A program made the translations under genes and the position numbers. Positions 18,647 to 29,040 of a stretch of 64,000 bases of DNA are shown piece by piece (positions within the stretch are counted from its first letter, which is position 1; every line of letters starts with the position of its first letter). The notes under the pieces are model-generated. The model made no database searches, had not been told where the DNA came from, and saw nothing but the letters and a program-made list of their open reading frames with translations. The stretch is from a virus, in the IMG/VR virus record IMGVR_UViG_3300020444_000002, positions 1 to 64,000 of that record, one strand, 5' to 3'.

Positions 18647-20283
18647 TATACTACCGTCATACTTCCCTGGCTTGATATTACATTGAATGTTGTATTGGCT
18701 GTTATACAGACTAATTCCACTGCATCATATTCGTGGTAGCTTTCCAGCGAGCCACCTGTTCCTGTAGTGGTTGACACTATACCGAAGTTAATCGTCTGTC
18801 CGGAATTTTGAGCTATCTTCCACCCACCAGCGCCCTTACCAACAACCCTCACTATGTCACCAACGGCGGCTGTTGATGGTAGTGTTACCGTTACAAGTGA
18901 CGCATTGTTTGCTATATAAGCAGTATTAACAGCAGCAGTCTGGCTTGTGCCAGTAACTTCACTCCAAGTAATACCACCTCCAGCATTTGCGTCAACATAG
19001 GCCTTAATACTCTGTTGCGTGGCAAGCTGAGTAGCTGAATTAGACGACATATCATCCTCATCGAGAATAGCTGTACCAGATACACCTGTATTTATTACGG
19101 GACTGGTCAGCGTCTTGTTTATGAGTGTCTGGTTATCACTAGTGCCTACAATATCACCTGTTGTGCCGTGGGTTGTGGTGTCTGCTGCATGAGCATTCAC
19201 AAGTCCCTGTGCGTTTAACTGGGCTTGGACAAGCAGCCCCTCGCTAAGATCAAACACAGCAGCACTTGTCGGTATAGTCGTATCATTGTCGTTGTTTTCG
19301 ATACCCTCTGATTCTGTAACGATAGCACTGGCTTTGAAGTTATCTACTTCGATGTTTGAGAGGGTGTTGTTGTCTGCGTTGATTGTTTTATTAGTAAGCG
19401 TTTGGGTACCGTCAGTTGTTATAACATCACCGGAGGAGTTGCCTTCAGTACCAGTTATGTTTATATTTTTGCTGACGACCATCCCAGCACCCGTAGAACC
19501 TGTAGCTATCGTTACATTACCTGCTACGCCGCCATTCAGAATAAGCTGACCAGACGCACCACCGTTCCTACCTGATACAAGTGCGTTCTCTCCAACAATA
19601 TTATCAATCGTTCGTAACTCACCTATATCACTTACAGTAATACCAGAGCTTTGAACCCCCTTACCAGTGCCGTCTGAACGTATTAGTGAATTATCTGTAC
19701 CAAAGTTGGATGCTGCCGTTACATCACCAGAGCCACCTGCATTTGCGTCAACATAGGCCTTAATAGACTGCTGTGTAGCAAGGTGAGAATCAGAATCGCT
19801 AGACATATCATCTTCATCCTTAATTGCTGTACCAGATATACCATATGTAGAATTTATTGTAACACCCCCAGGACCGCCAGAGTTTAATACAAGGCCATCT
19901 TCACCATCTACCCCATTAGCTGTGATAGTGGTACTTGTACCCCCTGCACCAGAATCAACCTTAAATTCTGGGTCAAAAGTCCCGTGAAGTGTCATTATTG
20001 GGTCGTTTGGTGTGCTATGATCTAGTTTCAAGACATCTACACCGCCCACTTCGAAGTCAATAACATCATCAGTAGGCGCAGATATTGTTGTATCACCATC
20101 TGCATCTAGTATAAGGGCATCTGCGTCTCCGTCTAGGTCAATAATCTTGTTTGTAAGAGTTTGTGAGCCATCTACAGTTAAAGCGTCACCAGTTGAATTT
20201 CCTGGTGATGTAATATTGACATTACCGACATTGGTAATATCATTGCCGTTTAAGTCTTGGTTTGTGAGGCTCTTTCTGGCCAT
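18646..20283 (-). CDS. Tail fibre-like protein
   Basis: G/S/T-rich; QTL(T/I)NK repeats; duplicated DEDDMSS...LATQQSIKAYVDANAGG. Confidence 0.7.
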   Translation of the reverse strand: MARKSLTNQDLNGNDITNVGNVNITSPGNSTGDALTVDGSQTLTNKIIDLDGDADALILDADGDTTISAPTDDVIDFEVGGVDVLKLDHSTPNDPIMTLHGTFDPEFKVDSGAGGTSTTITANGVDGEDGLVLNSGGPGGVTINSTYGISGTAIKDEDDMSSDSDSHLATQQSIKAYVDANAGGSGDVTAASNFGTDNSLIRSDGTGKGVQSSGITVSDIGELRTIDNIVGENALVSGRNGGASGQLILNGGVAGNVTIATGSTGAGMVVSKNINITGTEGNSSGDVITTDGTQTLTNKTINADNNTLSNIEVDNFKASAIVTESEGIENNDNDTTIPTSAAVFDLSEGLLVQAQLNAQGLVNAHAADTTTHGTTGDIVGTSDNQTLINKTLTSPVINTGVSGTAILDEDDMSSNSATQLATQQSIKAYVDANAGGGITWSEVTGTSQTAAVNTAYIANNASLVTVTLPSTAAVGDIVRVVGKGAGGWKIAQNSGQTINFGIVSTTTGTGGSLESYHEYDAVELVCITANTTFNVISSQGSMTVV

Positions 20284-20291
20284 TATCTATC

Positions 20292-21536
20292 CTATCCCGT
20301 GATTACTACACGATATTGATCTGTTGTTGGAGCAGTTGCAAATGTGAATGTTGTTTGTGTGCCCGATGTTAGAGTTACGTCACACTCTACCTGCGCATTT
20401 GATGAAGCGTCATACACCTGTGCTGTTACATACTGAGAACCAAGCCCGTGTGTAACTGCAATAGACGTGTTAGAGTTATCTCCGATTAACCCTGTATATT
20501 TACGAGCAAAGTCTGCTACACTCGCTGGCGTAAGCGCTCTATTAGAGGCTGATTTAGCCTGCGCCTCTGCTTGTGTTGCAAGTTCTACGACACCCTCTGC
20601 TGATGTTGTAGCAGTTTGTTCATCGCCGGTGTTTGTCCCGCTTAGGTTGCCGAGTTTCGTAATGTCAGCAGCAGTAACAAATTTATTGGTCGTACTTGTA
20701 TCGTCTATATCATCTGCATCTAGAACAACTGCACCAGTCTGTGAGTTGACCGAAAGCACCTCATCGGTATAGTCAAGCTTCAACCAGTTAGAGGCATATG
20801 TTGTTGTACTGGCGTTGTCCGTTATAGAAACAATACGGTCATTGGCATTAAATTCTACACCATCTACTGTACCGCCAGTTGAAACAATGTAGCTCTCACC
20901 AGCCTGTGCTGAACCGCCTCCTGGGAATGAACCACCAGATGCATCCCATGAGCCAGAAAGAACCACCGCTGCATCAAGACTGTTTACTCTTGTTTCGATT
21001 GCGTCCAAGTCAACAGCTTGTGTCACAGTTATGTTATCTGTCTTTGTCTTAATGCCGTTTAGCTCAGAACCAGTAACAGTAGTATCAAGTTCTGCTAATG
21101 TGCTTGGGATTGTTGGCTTGTCTGATAGGTCGTTGTAACTGCCCGTTGTTGCCACTGTAGACAAATCGCCTGGTTGTACGGCGCTATCTGCCAAATCCAA
21201 TGACGCATTTACTGATGTATCGAGCTTACTCTCATCAACAGAGCCAGCTACAAGCGCAGCGGTGATGCTTGGTGTAGCGTCATTATAGGTGAAGTTAAGT
21301 TCTGACGAGTCTACAAGGATTGAACCAACAGCATCCTGTGCCTCCTCGTTTGTGTAAGCACCAGCCCCAATTTGTGACCATGCCGAACCATTGTAAATGT
21401 ATAGAGAGTCGTCTGATGTATTGTAGTAGATTTGCCCCTCTACTGGTGAGCTAGGAGCAGAAGCGAGTGGTTGAATAACTGCATTTTGCAGCTCATTCTT
21501 CGCCAGGTCTACATCTATTAAAAATTTCTTTGCCAT
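20292..21536 (-). CDS. Tail fibre-like protein
   Basis: VATTGSYNDLSDKPTIP, VLSVNSQTGAVVL and EGVVELATQAE fibre motifs. Confidence 0.72.
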   Translation of the reverse strand: MAKKFLIDVDLAKNELQNAVIQPLASAPSSPVEGQIYYNTSDDSLYIYNGSAWSQIGAGAYTNEEAQDAVGSILVDSSELNFTYNDATPSITAALVAGSVDESKLDTSVNASLDLADSAVQPGDLSTVATTGSYNDLSDKPTIPSTLAELDTTVTGSELNGIKTKTDNITVTQAVDLDAIETRVNSLDAAVVLSGSWDASGGSFPGGGSAQAGESYIVSTGGTVDGVEFNANDRIVSITDNASTTTYASNWLKLDYTDEVLSVNSQTGAVVLDADDIDDTSTTNKFVTAADITKLGNLSGTNTGDEQTATTSAEGVVELATQAEAQAKSASNRALTPASVADFARKYTGLIGDNSNTSIAVTHGLGSQYVTAQVYDASSNAQVECDVTLTSGTQTTFTFATAPTTDQYRVVITG

Positions 21537-21569
21537 GTGTTTATGTTTATCTTTCCTTTATATTATATG

Positions 21570-21998
21570 TTAGTTGCATGATACGATTCCTGTGAATGGC
21601 GCGGAGAACTCAACGGTCAAACTATTCTTATTGAGGTGTTGAACGAGTCCTTCCACTTCATCACCGGCACTATCAAAAACAACTATAGACGGGTATTTAT
21701 TCAGATTATGCGTAACAGCTATGAGTGAACTTGAAGAGAATGGTTGTTCATAGTGCTTATCCCCAAAAGTATTAGACGGGCTTGACCATTCAAAATCATA
21801 ATCATCACCAGACGCCTTTGTAAGGATGTAGTCAGCTTGTCCACCCGCTGGTATTCCGTAACCAGTATCACCCTTCGGCCCAGTCTTACCAGTGTGCTGA
21901 AGCTTTATTGTATTGCGCCTATTTACGACCTTAATAGACTTCTCCGTGTTTGTGACACGCATAGTGTGAGTCTTTTTATTAAGTCGTATAGTAGGCAT
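21570..21998 (-). CDS. Virion structural protein with a short collagen-like stretch
   Basis: GKTGPKGDTG; VTHNLNKYPSIVV. Confidence 0.6.
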   Translation of the reverse strand: MPTIRLNKKTHTMRVTNTEKSIKVVNRRNTIKLQHTGKTGPKGDTGYGIPAGGQADYILTKASGDDYDFEWSSPSNTFGDKHYEQPFSSSSLIAVTHNLNKYPSIVVFDSAGDEVEGLVQHLNKNSLTVEFSAPFTGIVSCN

Positions 21999-22333
21999 TA
22001 GGAAACCACCTCTGTTTCGTCTAGCGCCTCTGAGACGATAAACTTAGGGAATGCGACTTCTGTGCAATTGTGACAATCTGGTGATGGATACTTCTCGATA
22101 CCACCTTCGTCGTCAATAACATTGACTTGATAGTAATAAGTCCCTAGTGGCACTCTTGTGTCTTCTGGGTCGAGAACAAATGTACCCTCGCCAGAAGTAA
22201 GGGCAATAGTCTTAGAAATTTTGTAAAGTTCACCCGGTTTCCCTATGTATAAAACAGCAGACACAGCTGTAGTGTCGCCGGAATCTAGCGGCATAGTAAC
22301 GCTTTCGCCATAGCGTATGTTTATATTTTCCAT
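21998..22333 (-). CDS. Baseplate upper (BppU N-terminal-like) protein
   Basis: LDPEDT...GTYYYQV motif. Confidence 0.55.
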   Translation of the reverse strand: MENINIRYGESVTMPLDSGDTTAVSAVLYIGKPGELYKISKTIALTSGEGTFVLDPEDTRVPLGTYYYQVNVIDDEGGIEKYPSPDCHNCTEVAFPKFIVSEALDETEVVS

Positions 22334-22468
22334 TTTTTTCCTTTACGAGAATGAGTTTTATGCGATTTGATTCCGTCACTAGGAGTCTTAGACATCTTAC
22401 TTGTGTACTCGTATACACGAAGAAAATTCGCTTAATCTCTTAGGATTTTTCTGTCTATATTCATTATA

Positions 22469-23086
22469 TCAAAAGAACGGAAAGAAGTTTGAGACATTAT
22501 CCTTAGTTGTTTCGTAAGAAGTTGAAGCATGTGCCGTGCCGTTCCACCCGTATGTGTATAGCGGAGAGTACAGGCTACCATCTATGTAACGATCAGTATT
22601 CTCCCCTCCCTGAACAAGACATATGCCATCGAACCAAGCGGTCCCCCTGCTGGGCTGGTAAAAAGAACCCAACCCTATAAATATGGTTACTTGGCCGGAG
22701 CCGGGTACAGTCTTCTGGACTAGCCAACGTAATTCTCCAGTCCCTGAAAAAGCTGCACCCTGCAAATTACCACCACCGGCACTTGTATCAGCAATAACCC
22801 AATGCGCATCTCCAACAACGCTATCGACCTTTATATAGCCAGAAACATAAACAGTAGCACCGGGCGTTAGACCTGTAATTGTCTTCTTTATGCCAGAATC
22901 TATATTCGTAGTGGAAGATATTTTCCAAGACTTGGAACCGTAATTAGACCAGTCCGTGGCCGGACCCTTATATGTGAGACTACCACTGGTGTGATAATTC
23001 GTCCAGTTAGAAGGGGTAACGCCAGAACTAGCTGTATCGTTTTCAAAGCTAGGATTGTTAACACGGTTAGTCCTTGTTGTTGGCAT
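22469..23086 (-). CDS. Carbohydrate-binding-module-like virion protein
   Basis: NRVNNPSFE...AWFDGICL. Confidence 0.6.
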   Translation of the reverse strand: MPTTRTNRVNNPSFENDTASSGVTPSNWTNYHTSGSLTYKGPATDWSNYGSKSWKISSTTNIDSGIKKTITGLTPGATVYVSGYIKVDSVVGDAHWVIADTSAGGGNLQGAAFSGTGELRWLVQKTVPGSGQVTIFIGLGSFYQPSRGTAWFDGICLVQGGENTDRYIDGSLYSPLYTYGWNGTAHASTSYETTKDNVSNFFPFF

Positions 23087-24847
23087 TTAAGCCTCCACGC
23101 CTACGGACAACACATCCCAGCAGCTATCCTCATCGTTGAACATGATGCCTATATACAATGTTTTGTTGTTGATGCTAGTTGTCGGTAATTCTACTCCACT
23201 CATTTCCCTGTAGCTACCGTTCCAGTAAAATTCCCATGGGCCATTACCGTCATCTTTTATCCTTAGTATCATCTTTTGCCCCTCGAACCCACTATCAGGT
23301 ACAGCGACAAGGGTATCTTCTGATAGCGCTGTTACTATGTGTGTACCATACTGACCGCCTGGGGCTAGAAGCCCACCTGTTGTCGCTTCTTTAAACACAG
23401 ACACTGGTTGAAGTTGACCCTCGTTGTAGTACAATTTTCCGTCTGTGCCAATACGGAATATAGATATACCACGAGAAAGCGTTATCTCCCTGACGCTAGA
23501 GGAAAGAACATCTGTTATCTTAAACTCAAAATCGAATACCTTGCTGTTGTCTAGGTTTAGTGTAAATGGTGTTGTTGTTACTTCACCAGTAGAGGTATTA
23601 AACGAGCTTGCAACATTTGTCCAACTGCCCCATGTGCCACCAGCTTCACGGTACCTGTATTGGATGCCGTTTGTATCATCTACATCATTTTTAGTGACGC
23701 CTCCGACACTTATTAGATTAGCGCTACCAGATATACTGACATTTGTTGTTGACTCGAAGCTATTTTGCCTTTCTATATCTACCACAATATCAGGGTTGAA
23801 GTATGGCACGACAGTAACATTCATCGTAGCATCTGTCTTTTTACCGCGACTATCCTGTGCTGTTACCGTTAATGTTTGGTCACCGCCATAGGCGATAACA
23901 CCAAAGTCATTTACCACATCAGAATCAGAGGAATAGGGCTGTTCAGCGCTAACACCCGCTAAGTTGAATAGATACTTAGCCATTGTTGCACTCTCTTGTG
24001 CTACGGCCTTGTCAGCAACTGCAACTGTTGCTTCTACAGTTGACTTACCGAAAATTGTGTATTGGTCATTACCGGTTATAGAAACTGTCGTAGCGTTTGT
24101 GTCTTTATAGCTGATCGTAGAGAATATTGGATTCTGCTCGTCACTAGGTATTCTAAATGTTCTCGTAATGTCCTCTACGCCAATTTGGCTACCACCACTA
24201 TAAGTCCTGAGCCTAAACACCATATCGGTACTTGTACTATTAGGAATGATAGAGCAGATACTTGAAACATCCGAACTGTCTAATGTGAATGTTTGGCTCG
24301 AACCAACACTAGTAAACTGCTTCCATATGCTGTCACCATTGAACCTGTATATCTGTAGGGTGTGCGTGAAGGAGCTAGAAGCCCTATTCGTATATACTGT
24401 TATTGATTCACCGTCAGTTATTTCGTAACTAGACTTGTTTGAAGTTGGGGTAGACGCACGAGGGATTGTTGGAAGACTCGAACTGCCGCTCTTACTTATA
24501 TCACCATATGAGTACAGCCAACCATTAATGTTGTAGCTAAACGACTTAGAGCCATCCGAACTATGCGAAATAGTTTTTGTGCCACTCTTTAGCTCATACT
24601 TCGTACCGTTAGGGATTGTGATATTTGAATAGGTACCAGAACCAATACTAGAACCATTTATCTTACTAGAATCATATATCTTTATAGCATTAGAGTACCA
24701 AGAAGGTGTCGCACCGCTCGAACGAACACCAGCCTGCCAAGATATAGTAGACGTGTTGTTAGAAACACTTTGACTTTGCAGTTGCCAGTCTAAATAGAAA
24801 GCAGTGTAATTGTAATAGCCACTTGTAATACTTCCTGATGTTGCCAT
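23087..24847 (-). CDS. Siphovirus minor tail protein (DUF859-like)
   Basis: LDWQLQSQSVSNNTSTISW...LPTIPRAS...RASSSFTHTL. Confidence 0.72.
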   Translation of the reverse strand: MATSGSITSGYYNYTAFYLDWQLQSQSVSNNTSTISWQAGVRSSGATPSWYSNAIKIYDSSKINGSSIGSGTYSNITIPNGTKYELKSGTKTISHSSDGSKSFSYNINGWLYSYGDISKSGSSSLPTIPRASTPTSNKSSYEITDGESITVYTNRASSSFTHTLQIYRFNGDSIWKQFTSVGSSQTFTLDSSDVSSICSIIPNSTSTDMVFRLRTYSGGSQIGVEDITRTFRIPSDEQNPIFSTISYKDTNATTVSITGNDQYTIFGKSTVEATVAVADKAVAQESATMAKYLFNLAGVSAEQPYSSDSDVVNDFGVIAYGGDQTLTVTAQDSRGKKTDATMNVTVVPYFNPDIVVDIERQNSFESTTNVSISGSANLISVGGVTKNDVDDTNGIQYRYREAGGTWGSWTNVASSFNTSTGEVTTTPFTLNLDNSKVFDFEFKITDVLSSSVREITLSRGISIFRIGTDGKLYYNEGQLQPVSVFKEATTGGLLAPGGQYGTHIVTALSEDTLVAVPDSGFEGQKMILRIKDDGNGPWEFYWNGSYREMSGVELPTTSINNKTLYIGIMFNDEDSCWDVLSVGVEA

Positions 24848-24848
24848 G

Positions 24849-27086
24849 CTAACTTACCATTGATACGAACGCCCAACCGGCGAACTCCCCTTCTTTAATT
24901 GGTACTATTTTTATTGGTTCCATGGATATTTGCCCCCTCGCCTCAAGCTTCTGCACTTCTGTTGTATCCCTGTTTAGAGAAAACACCCTTTCACGCGTAC
25001 CTGATATAGCCGAGTAACCAGCAAACTCTAACGGGGTAATCTGTGTAAAGTCACCTGAATAGATACTGCTATTAACGCGGATACCTTCCGTATTAAGCAC
25101 AACCTGCGTGTTCATTACCTCACCAGCAGCCTGGCTCCACTGCAATACATTTTCTCCAGCAACAAGGCGCAAATCAGTGAAGCTAAAATCTATCGGATCA
25201 TCTGTTTCGACAATAACATCGAAATAGCCGAGTGAGGCGGTTATGCCAGACAGGGATTGTTCATTCCAAAGGTATGAAACACTATCATCAAATGTTACAG
25301 TATAATCATCAGTCGTATTCTGTAGATGAACAGTCACACTACCAGTAGCTTCTTTTTTGCCCTTGACTGCAAATGAATAAATACCGCCCTGCTCCACTAT
25401 GACGCGCTGTGTGAGTGTCCCAGTGCCGGTAATACTTACCTTGTTGCCAGACACAGCTCCATATGTCAAACTTTCTGGGCTGGTGCTTGGTGTTACTTCC
25501 CCATCACCGCTATATTCCCAAAGCTCTATATCACCGTTGCTATCTGTTGCATAGCCAACACTATTCTTTATAATATTGACACCACCTGTGTTCTGGATTG
25601 ATGTTGTTACGCTGTCTATCTCCTGCAATACTTCAGTGTAATTTTCTGCTACGGTATCCTCAAGGGTCGCCAACTCGGAGACTACCGATGTTATCTCGTT
25701 TGCCTGTTTATCCACCTTGATTTCTGTGTTGTAGATAGTCTTAATAACACCGCCAGCGGTTTCGTAATTGATGACCTCTGTATCTGGAACAGTCGAAACA
25801 AGAGCCTCCTTGACTGAACCAGCAAGCACTAGGTGTAATTCTGTTATAAAGGAAGGAACAACCGTAGAGCCTTGTTGGTAAGATATAACATCACCAACCT
25901 CGTGCCAGCCAAGGCCAACAGTGTCTGACTTGCTACCATTCCACCTTATTCCAACCAACTGTTCATATAGTGGTGGCAATAAGTCCTGACGGTCATCATC
26001 AAGAATTTCGACGTTATTAATCTGTACTTCCTGTATTGGTAGGTTTGAGAGTGTTATAGTCCCACTCCCATCTGTTGTTAGGTCTATTATATTTGTGCCA
26101 GCTATAGCATCTTCGTATGTCTGCGTCAAAGCAAATGTATCTGCTTCCGAGTTGGTGTATACAAAATAATTCGTATCTGCCTCTAGCGGTTCGGGCAATG
26201 TGTCTGTTGTTTGTATCTGTACAAGTGACCCATCGGTTAGCCCGTGACCAGTGGCAGTGAATAGGTTTGTTGTTGAATTGATACTGCTAATGGTGCTATT
26301 GCTAGGTTCCGTGTTTACCTGAACGACATTGTCATTCTGTGGTACGCGACCGAGTATAACAGATGTAACAGGGCCATATTTTTCACCTATCTTCAACTTC
26401 TTTAATTCGTTAGACGTAAGCACTTCATCGCTCACAGAGAATTGAGAGAATACTAGCGTGGTGTCAGAAATGCGTGCTGTTGTACCAGTTGCAGCTGCAA
26501 TTTCTTGTATAACTGTCTGGACAGTGGCGTTAGCAATGTTAGCGTACAGGTCTTCTGCTATAACGTAGTCATAGTTTGGTAAGTCACTAAAACTATCCAT
26601 AAGATCAACGCCAATAGCACCAGCAGCTTGTTCCGCCAATTCCTCTACAGTACATGGGTAGGTGAAACCAGAACCGTATTCTGTTTTAATCGCTCGCCAC
26701 ATGTGGTCGTACATATTAACAGTGGTTGTTCCGCTATCGTAGTCATAATCGACATCATCAACAACATAGAACCCTTGGCTAATATAATCAAAACCCTCTA
26801 CGCTTGGGTCGTTATTGTAAAGGCCAAGCCTCACCTGGAATATGTCTTCTGCTGCGACATCTTCTATGATACCGATTAATTTAACAGTTGCCTTTTTTGT
26901 GGTGGTACCAAGGAAAGCCCCCACCGCATCTATGTTCACAGATGTGAGGTAGTTTGAAGAGGTCCATTCTGCTGTGTTATCGTCTATAAAACCGTAAGGG
27001 TCTTGGATTTGGCGTATAACAGTAACGTCAGTTTGTTTTACTGGCGCAGTGGCTAAACTCTCAAATGCTGAATCATGTGTAATCAT
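24849..27086 (-). CDS. Minor tail/baseplate hub protein
   Basis: 745 aa acidic; N-terminal hub-like region, coiled coil (TEIKVDKQANEITSVV), C-terminal beta domain. Confidence 0.7.
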   Translation of the reverse strand: MITHDSAFESLATAPVKQTDVTVIRQIQDPYGFIDDNTAEWTSSNYLTSVNIDAVGAFLGTTTKKATVKLIGIIEDVAAEDIFQVRLGLYNNDPSVEGFDYISQGFYVVDDVDYDYDSGTTTVNMYDHMWRAIKTEYGSGFTYPCTVEELAEQAAGAIGVDLMDSFSDLPNYDYVIAEDLYANIANATVQTVIQEIAAATGTTARISDTTLVFSQFSVSDEVLTSNELKKLKIGEKYGPVTSVILGRVPQNDNVVQVNTEPSNSTISSINSTTNLFTATGHGLTDGSLVQIQTTDTLPEPLEADTNYFVYTNSEADTFALTQTYEDAIAGTNIIDLTTDGSGTITLSNLPIQEVQINNVEILDDDRQDLLPPLYEQLVGIRWNGSKSDTVGLGWHEVGDVISYQQGSTVVPSFITELHLVLAGSVKEALVSTVPDTEVINYETAGGVIKTIYNTEIKVDKQANEITSVVSELATLEDTVAENYTEVLQEIDSVTTSIQNTGGVNIIKNSVGYATDSNGDIELWEYSGDGEVTPSTSPESLTYGAVSGNKVSITGTGTLTQRVIVEQGGIYSFAVKGKKEATGSVTVHLQNTTDDYTVTFDDSVSYLWNEQSLSGITASLGYFDVIVETDDPIDFSFTDLRLVAGENVLQWSQAAGEVMNTQVVLNTEGIRVNSSIYSGDFTQITPLEFAGYSAISGTRERVFSLNRDTTEVQKLEARGQISMEPIKIVPIKEGEFAGWAFVSMVS

Positions 27087-27337
27087 TAGTTAATCGGTTG
27101 AATCCTTACGCCAGTCTGCACCTGCGCGTTATTATCTGCACCAAACAAGAAGTTTAACCCACATTTACGACAACGAGCTTCCCCGGCAGAACCAGCAGTG
27201 ACCTTAACACAAAGGGAATTACACTTATATAGTTTTTGGTCTGATTTACTGATGCGCTCGTAGGGGCATCTTACTTCTAGTAGCGCCAAGGCGTTTTCTG
27301 GTAAATTTTGTATGTCTTTTGTTAGCGTCGTTTTCAT
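27086..27337 (-). CDS. Small zinc-ribbon protein (Mu Com-like)
   Basis: EVRCP...CNSLCVK...ARCRKCG. Confidence 0.55.
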   Translation of the reverse strand: MKTTLTKDIQNLPENALALLEVRCPYERISKSDQKLYKCNSLCVKVTAGSAGEARCRKCGLNFLFGADNNAQVQTGVRIQPIN

Positions 27338-27422
27338 ATAATCTCTTTTGGATTTTTTATTTTTATCTACTATTTAGTATAGCACTATCACTATCTCCAA
27401 AAACAGACCCCACAGCTTCCGT

Positions 27423-27854
27423 CTACACTATCAGTTTATCTGTTATGAGATAACCGTTTAAGGCCAAGTGTTCGTATATCTCATCGTTAGTGAAGCCCTC
27501 TTTATGGAGTTGTATAATATGCTCGACTGTACCAATCTTGAATATCTTGTTTTTATTCTGACCGCTTCGGGTATTCCATCGTAGGTTTGTAGCACGATTA
27601 TCTGTTCTCACCCTGTTAATGTGGTCAACCTCTGGATATCCATTCGGGTTTTCCACAAAAGCCACAGCCACTAGCCTGTGGACCCTTTTGCTATAGTTCT
27701 TTCCGTCGTTACCACGCATATACGCGAAAGTATAGCCTCTTTCTGACTTCATCTCCATCACCCTGTCGAGCCTCGCGTGTTTAATCTGCCCCATATTAGA
27801 CACTAAATAATTATCAAAACCCTCTACCTTGCGCCACTCTATTTTTGTTTTCAT
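27423..27854 (-). CDS. NUMOD4-HNH homing endonuclease
   Basis: EWRKVEGFDNYLVSNMG; VHRLVAVAF...VDHINRVRTDNRATNLRW; start set at MKTKI. Confidence 0.9.
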   Translation of the reverse strand: MKTKIEWRKVEGFDNYLVSNMGQIKHARLDRVMEMKSERGYTFAYMRGNDGKNYSKRVHRLVAVAFVENPNGYPEVDHINRVRTDNRATNLRWNTRSGQNKNKIFKIGTVEHIIQLHKEGFTNDEIYEHLALNGYLITDKLIV

Positions 27855-27962
27855 TTTTGTCCCCAAACAAAAAACTCGCTGTTGGGGCAACGAGCTTTCA
27901 TATGTCTATTTTAACACGCCCCAACGTCTATTTTAATTATAACCTTTTTAGGTTTTGTCAAA
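27841..27962 (-). promoter_or_regulatory. Conserved promoter plus structured leader upstream of HNH gene, copy 1
   Basis: About 120-bp similarity to 52196-52320; TATAAT, hairpin and T run. Confidence 0.75.
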
Positions 27963-27970
27963 TAAAATGT

Positions 27971-28080
27971 TCAGAAAGGCTCAAAACGTCCTCTACAGCG
28001 AGATTTGCTGCGGGGCATGGGTTTATGTACCTTTTTTGGGCTAAAACGTCTTAGAGAGGCTTAGAACGCGTCTGACGGCC
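27971..28080 (-). repeat. Dispersed repeat, copy C
   Basis: GACGCGTTCTAAGCCTCTCTAAGACGTTTT core. Confidence 0.7.
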
Positions 28081-28988
28081 TATTTAATTGCGTCCGGGTG
28101 TACTATTTCTTCAACAGCTTCGGTTTCGCTGCTTTTTCCCTTCACAACATTGTCAACTGTTGGGATTTCACCAGTTTCTTTTTTGACGATGTTCTTGTTA
28201 AGAACAGTTGCAGGGATATTTTTCTCTGATTTCTTCCCATTGTTCTTCTGTTGGGTCTTTTTTGCCGGTTTCTTTGATAAAAAAACCTCTAAGGCAGCAG
28301 CTTCTTCTGGGGTGAATTGATAGTACGGGTTCTTCTTAAGCGCCAATAGTTGTTCTATACTTTTCATTGTGCCTTTTCCTTTATTTGTGTCTCCACTAAT
28401 AATAACACGTCCTCCTCTGGCTTGTCCAAATATTCCGATAGGTCCTGTGAGGCAATACGCTTAATTGTATCGAGCGTATACTGTGGTATCTCTATACCCT
28501 TTTCAGCAGCATTCTCAAACATAGCAATGACAACCAACATACCCATCATCTGTCCGTGTCCGTAGTCATCACTCGGAACTGGCTGCTTCATAGTGCCCCC
28601 TGTTATTTAATTTCAAAGACTGGACATGTCTTTATCCAGAGTTCTTCGTATAGCTCACCGTTCAATTCTGACAGGTTAGCTGAATACGCCATCATGCGGT
28701 CGAGGCGTTTTACCTCATCTGGCTCCTCGAATTTGTCCATAACATGAAAACGATAGCTACCATTGAGCTTGTACTTCAGTACTGTTAGTGAGTCTGTGTT
28801 ATCCATTATTGTGAGTCTGCCTGTTCTAAAACATTAGCTATAACGTCCTCGTCTTTAACCTTTGGCAGCCCTGGCTTGTCTTCAAACACGTCATTGTTGT
28901 CTAGATCGACGAAATACCTAACCTTATTATATACCACTACCAATAGCGGTTTGTCGTCTACTGTTCCGACCATAAATTCTCTTGTCAT
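28080..28988 (-). other. Operon of four small hypothetical ORFs (28806-28988, 28603-28806, 28364-28591, 28080-28367)
   Basis: Tightly coupled ORFs behind a repeated promoter at 29008-29038. Confidence 0.65.
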
Positions 28989-29040
28989 GATTGCTCCATT
29001 CAGTCTTAATTATGCGCCTTTTTTCTTAAAAAAGCAACCC

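Noticed and set aside
18975-19840. ~100-bp direct repeat pair, considered as DGR template/variable repeats
   Set aside because: Both copies are in-frame domain repeats within one fibre gene, and no reverse transcriptase is in the window.
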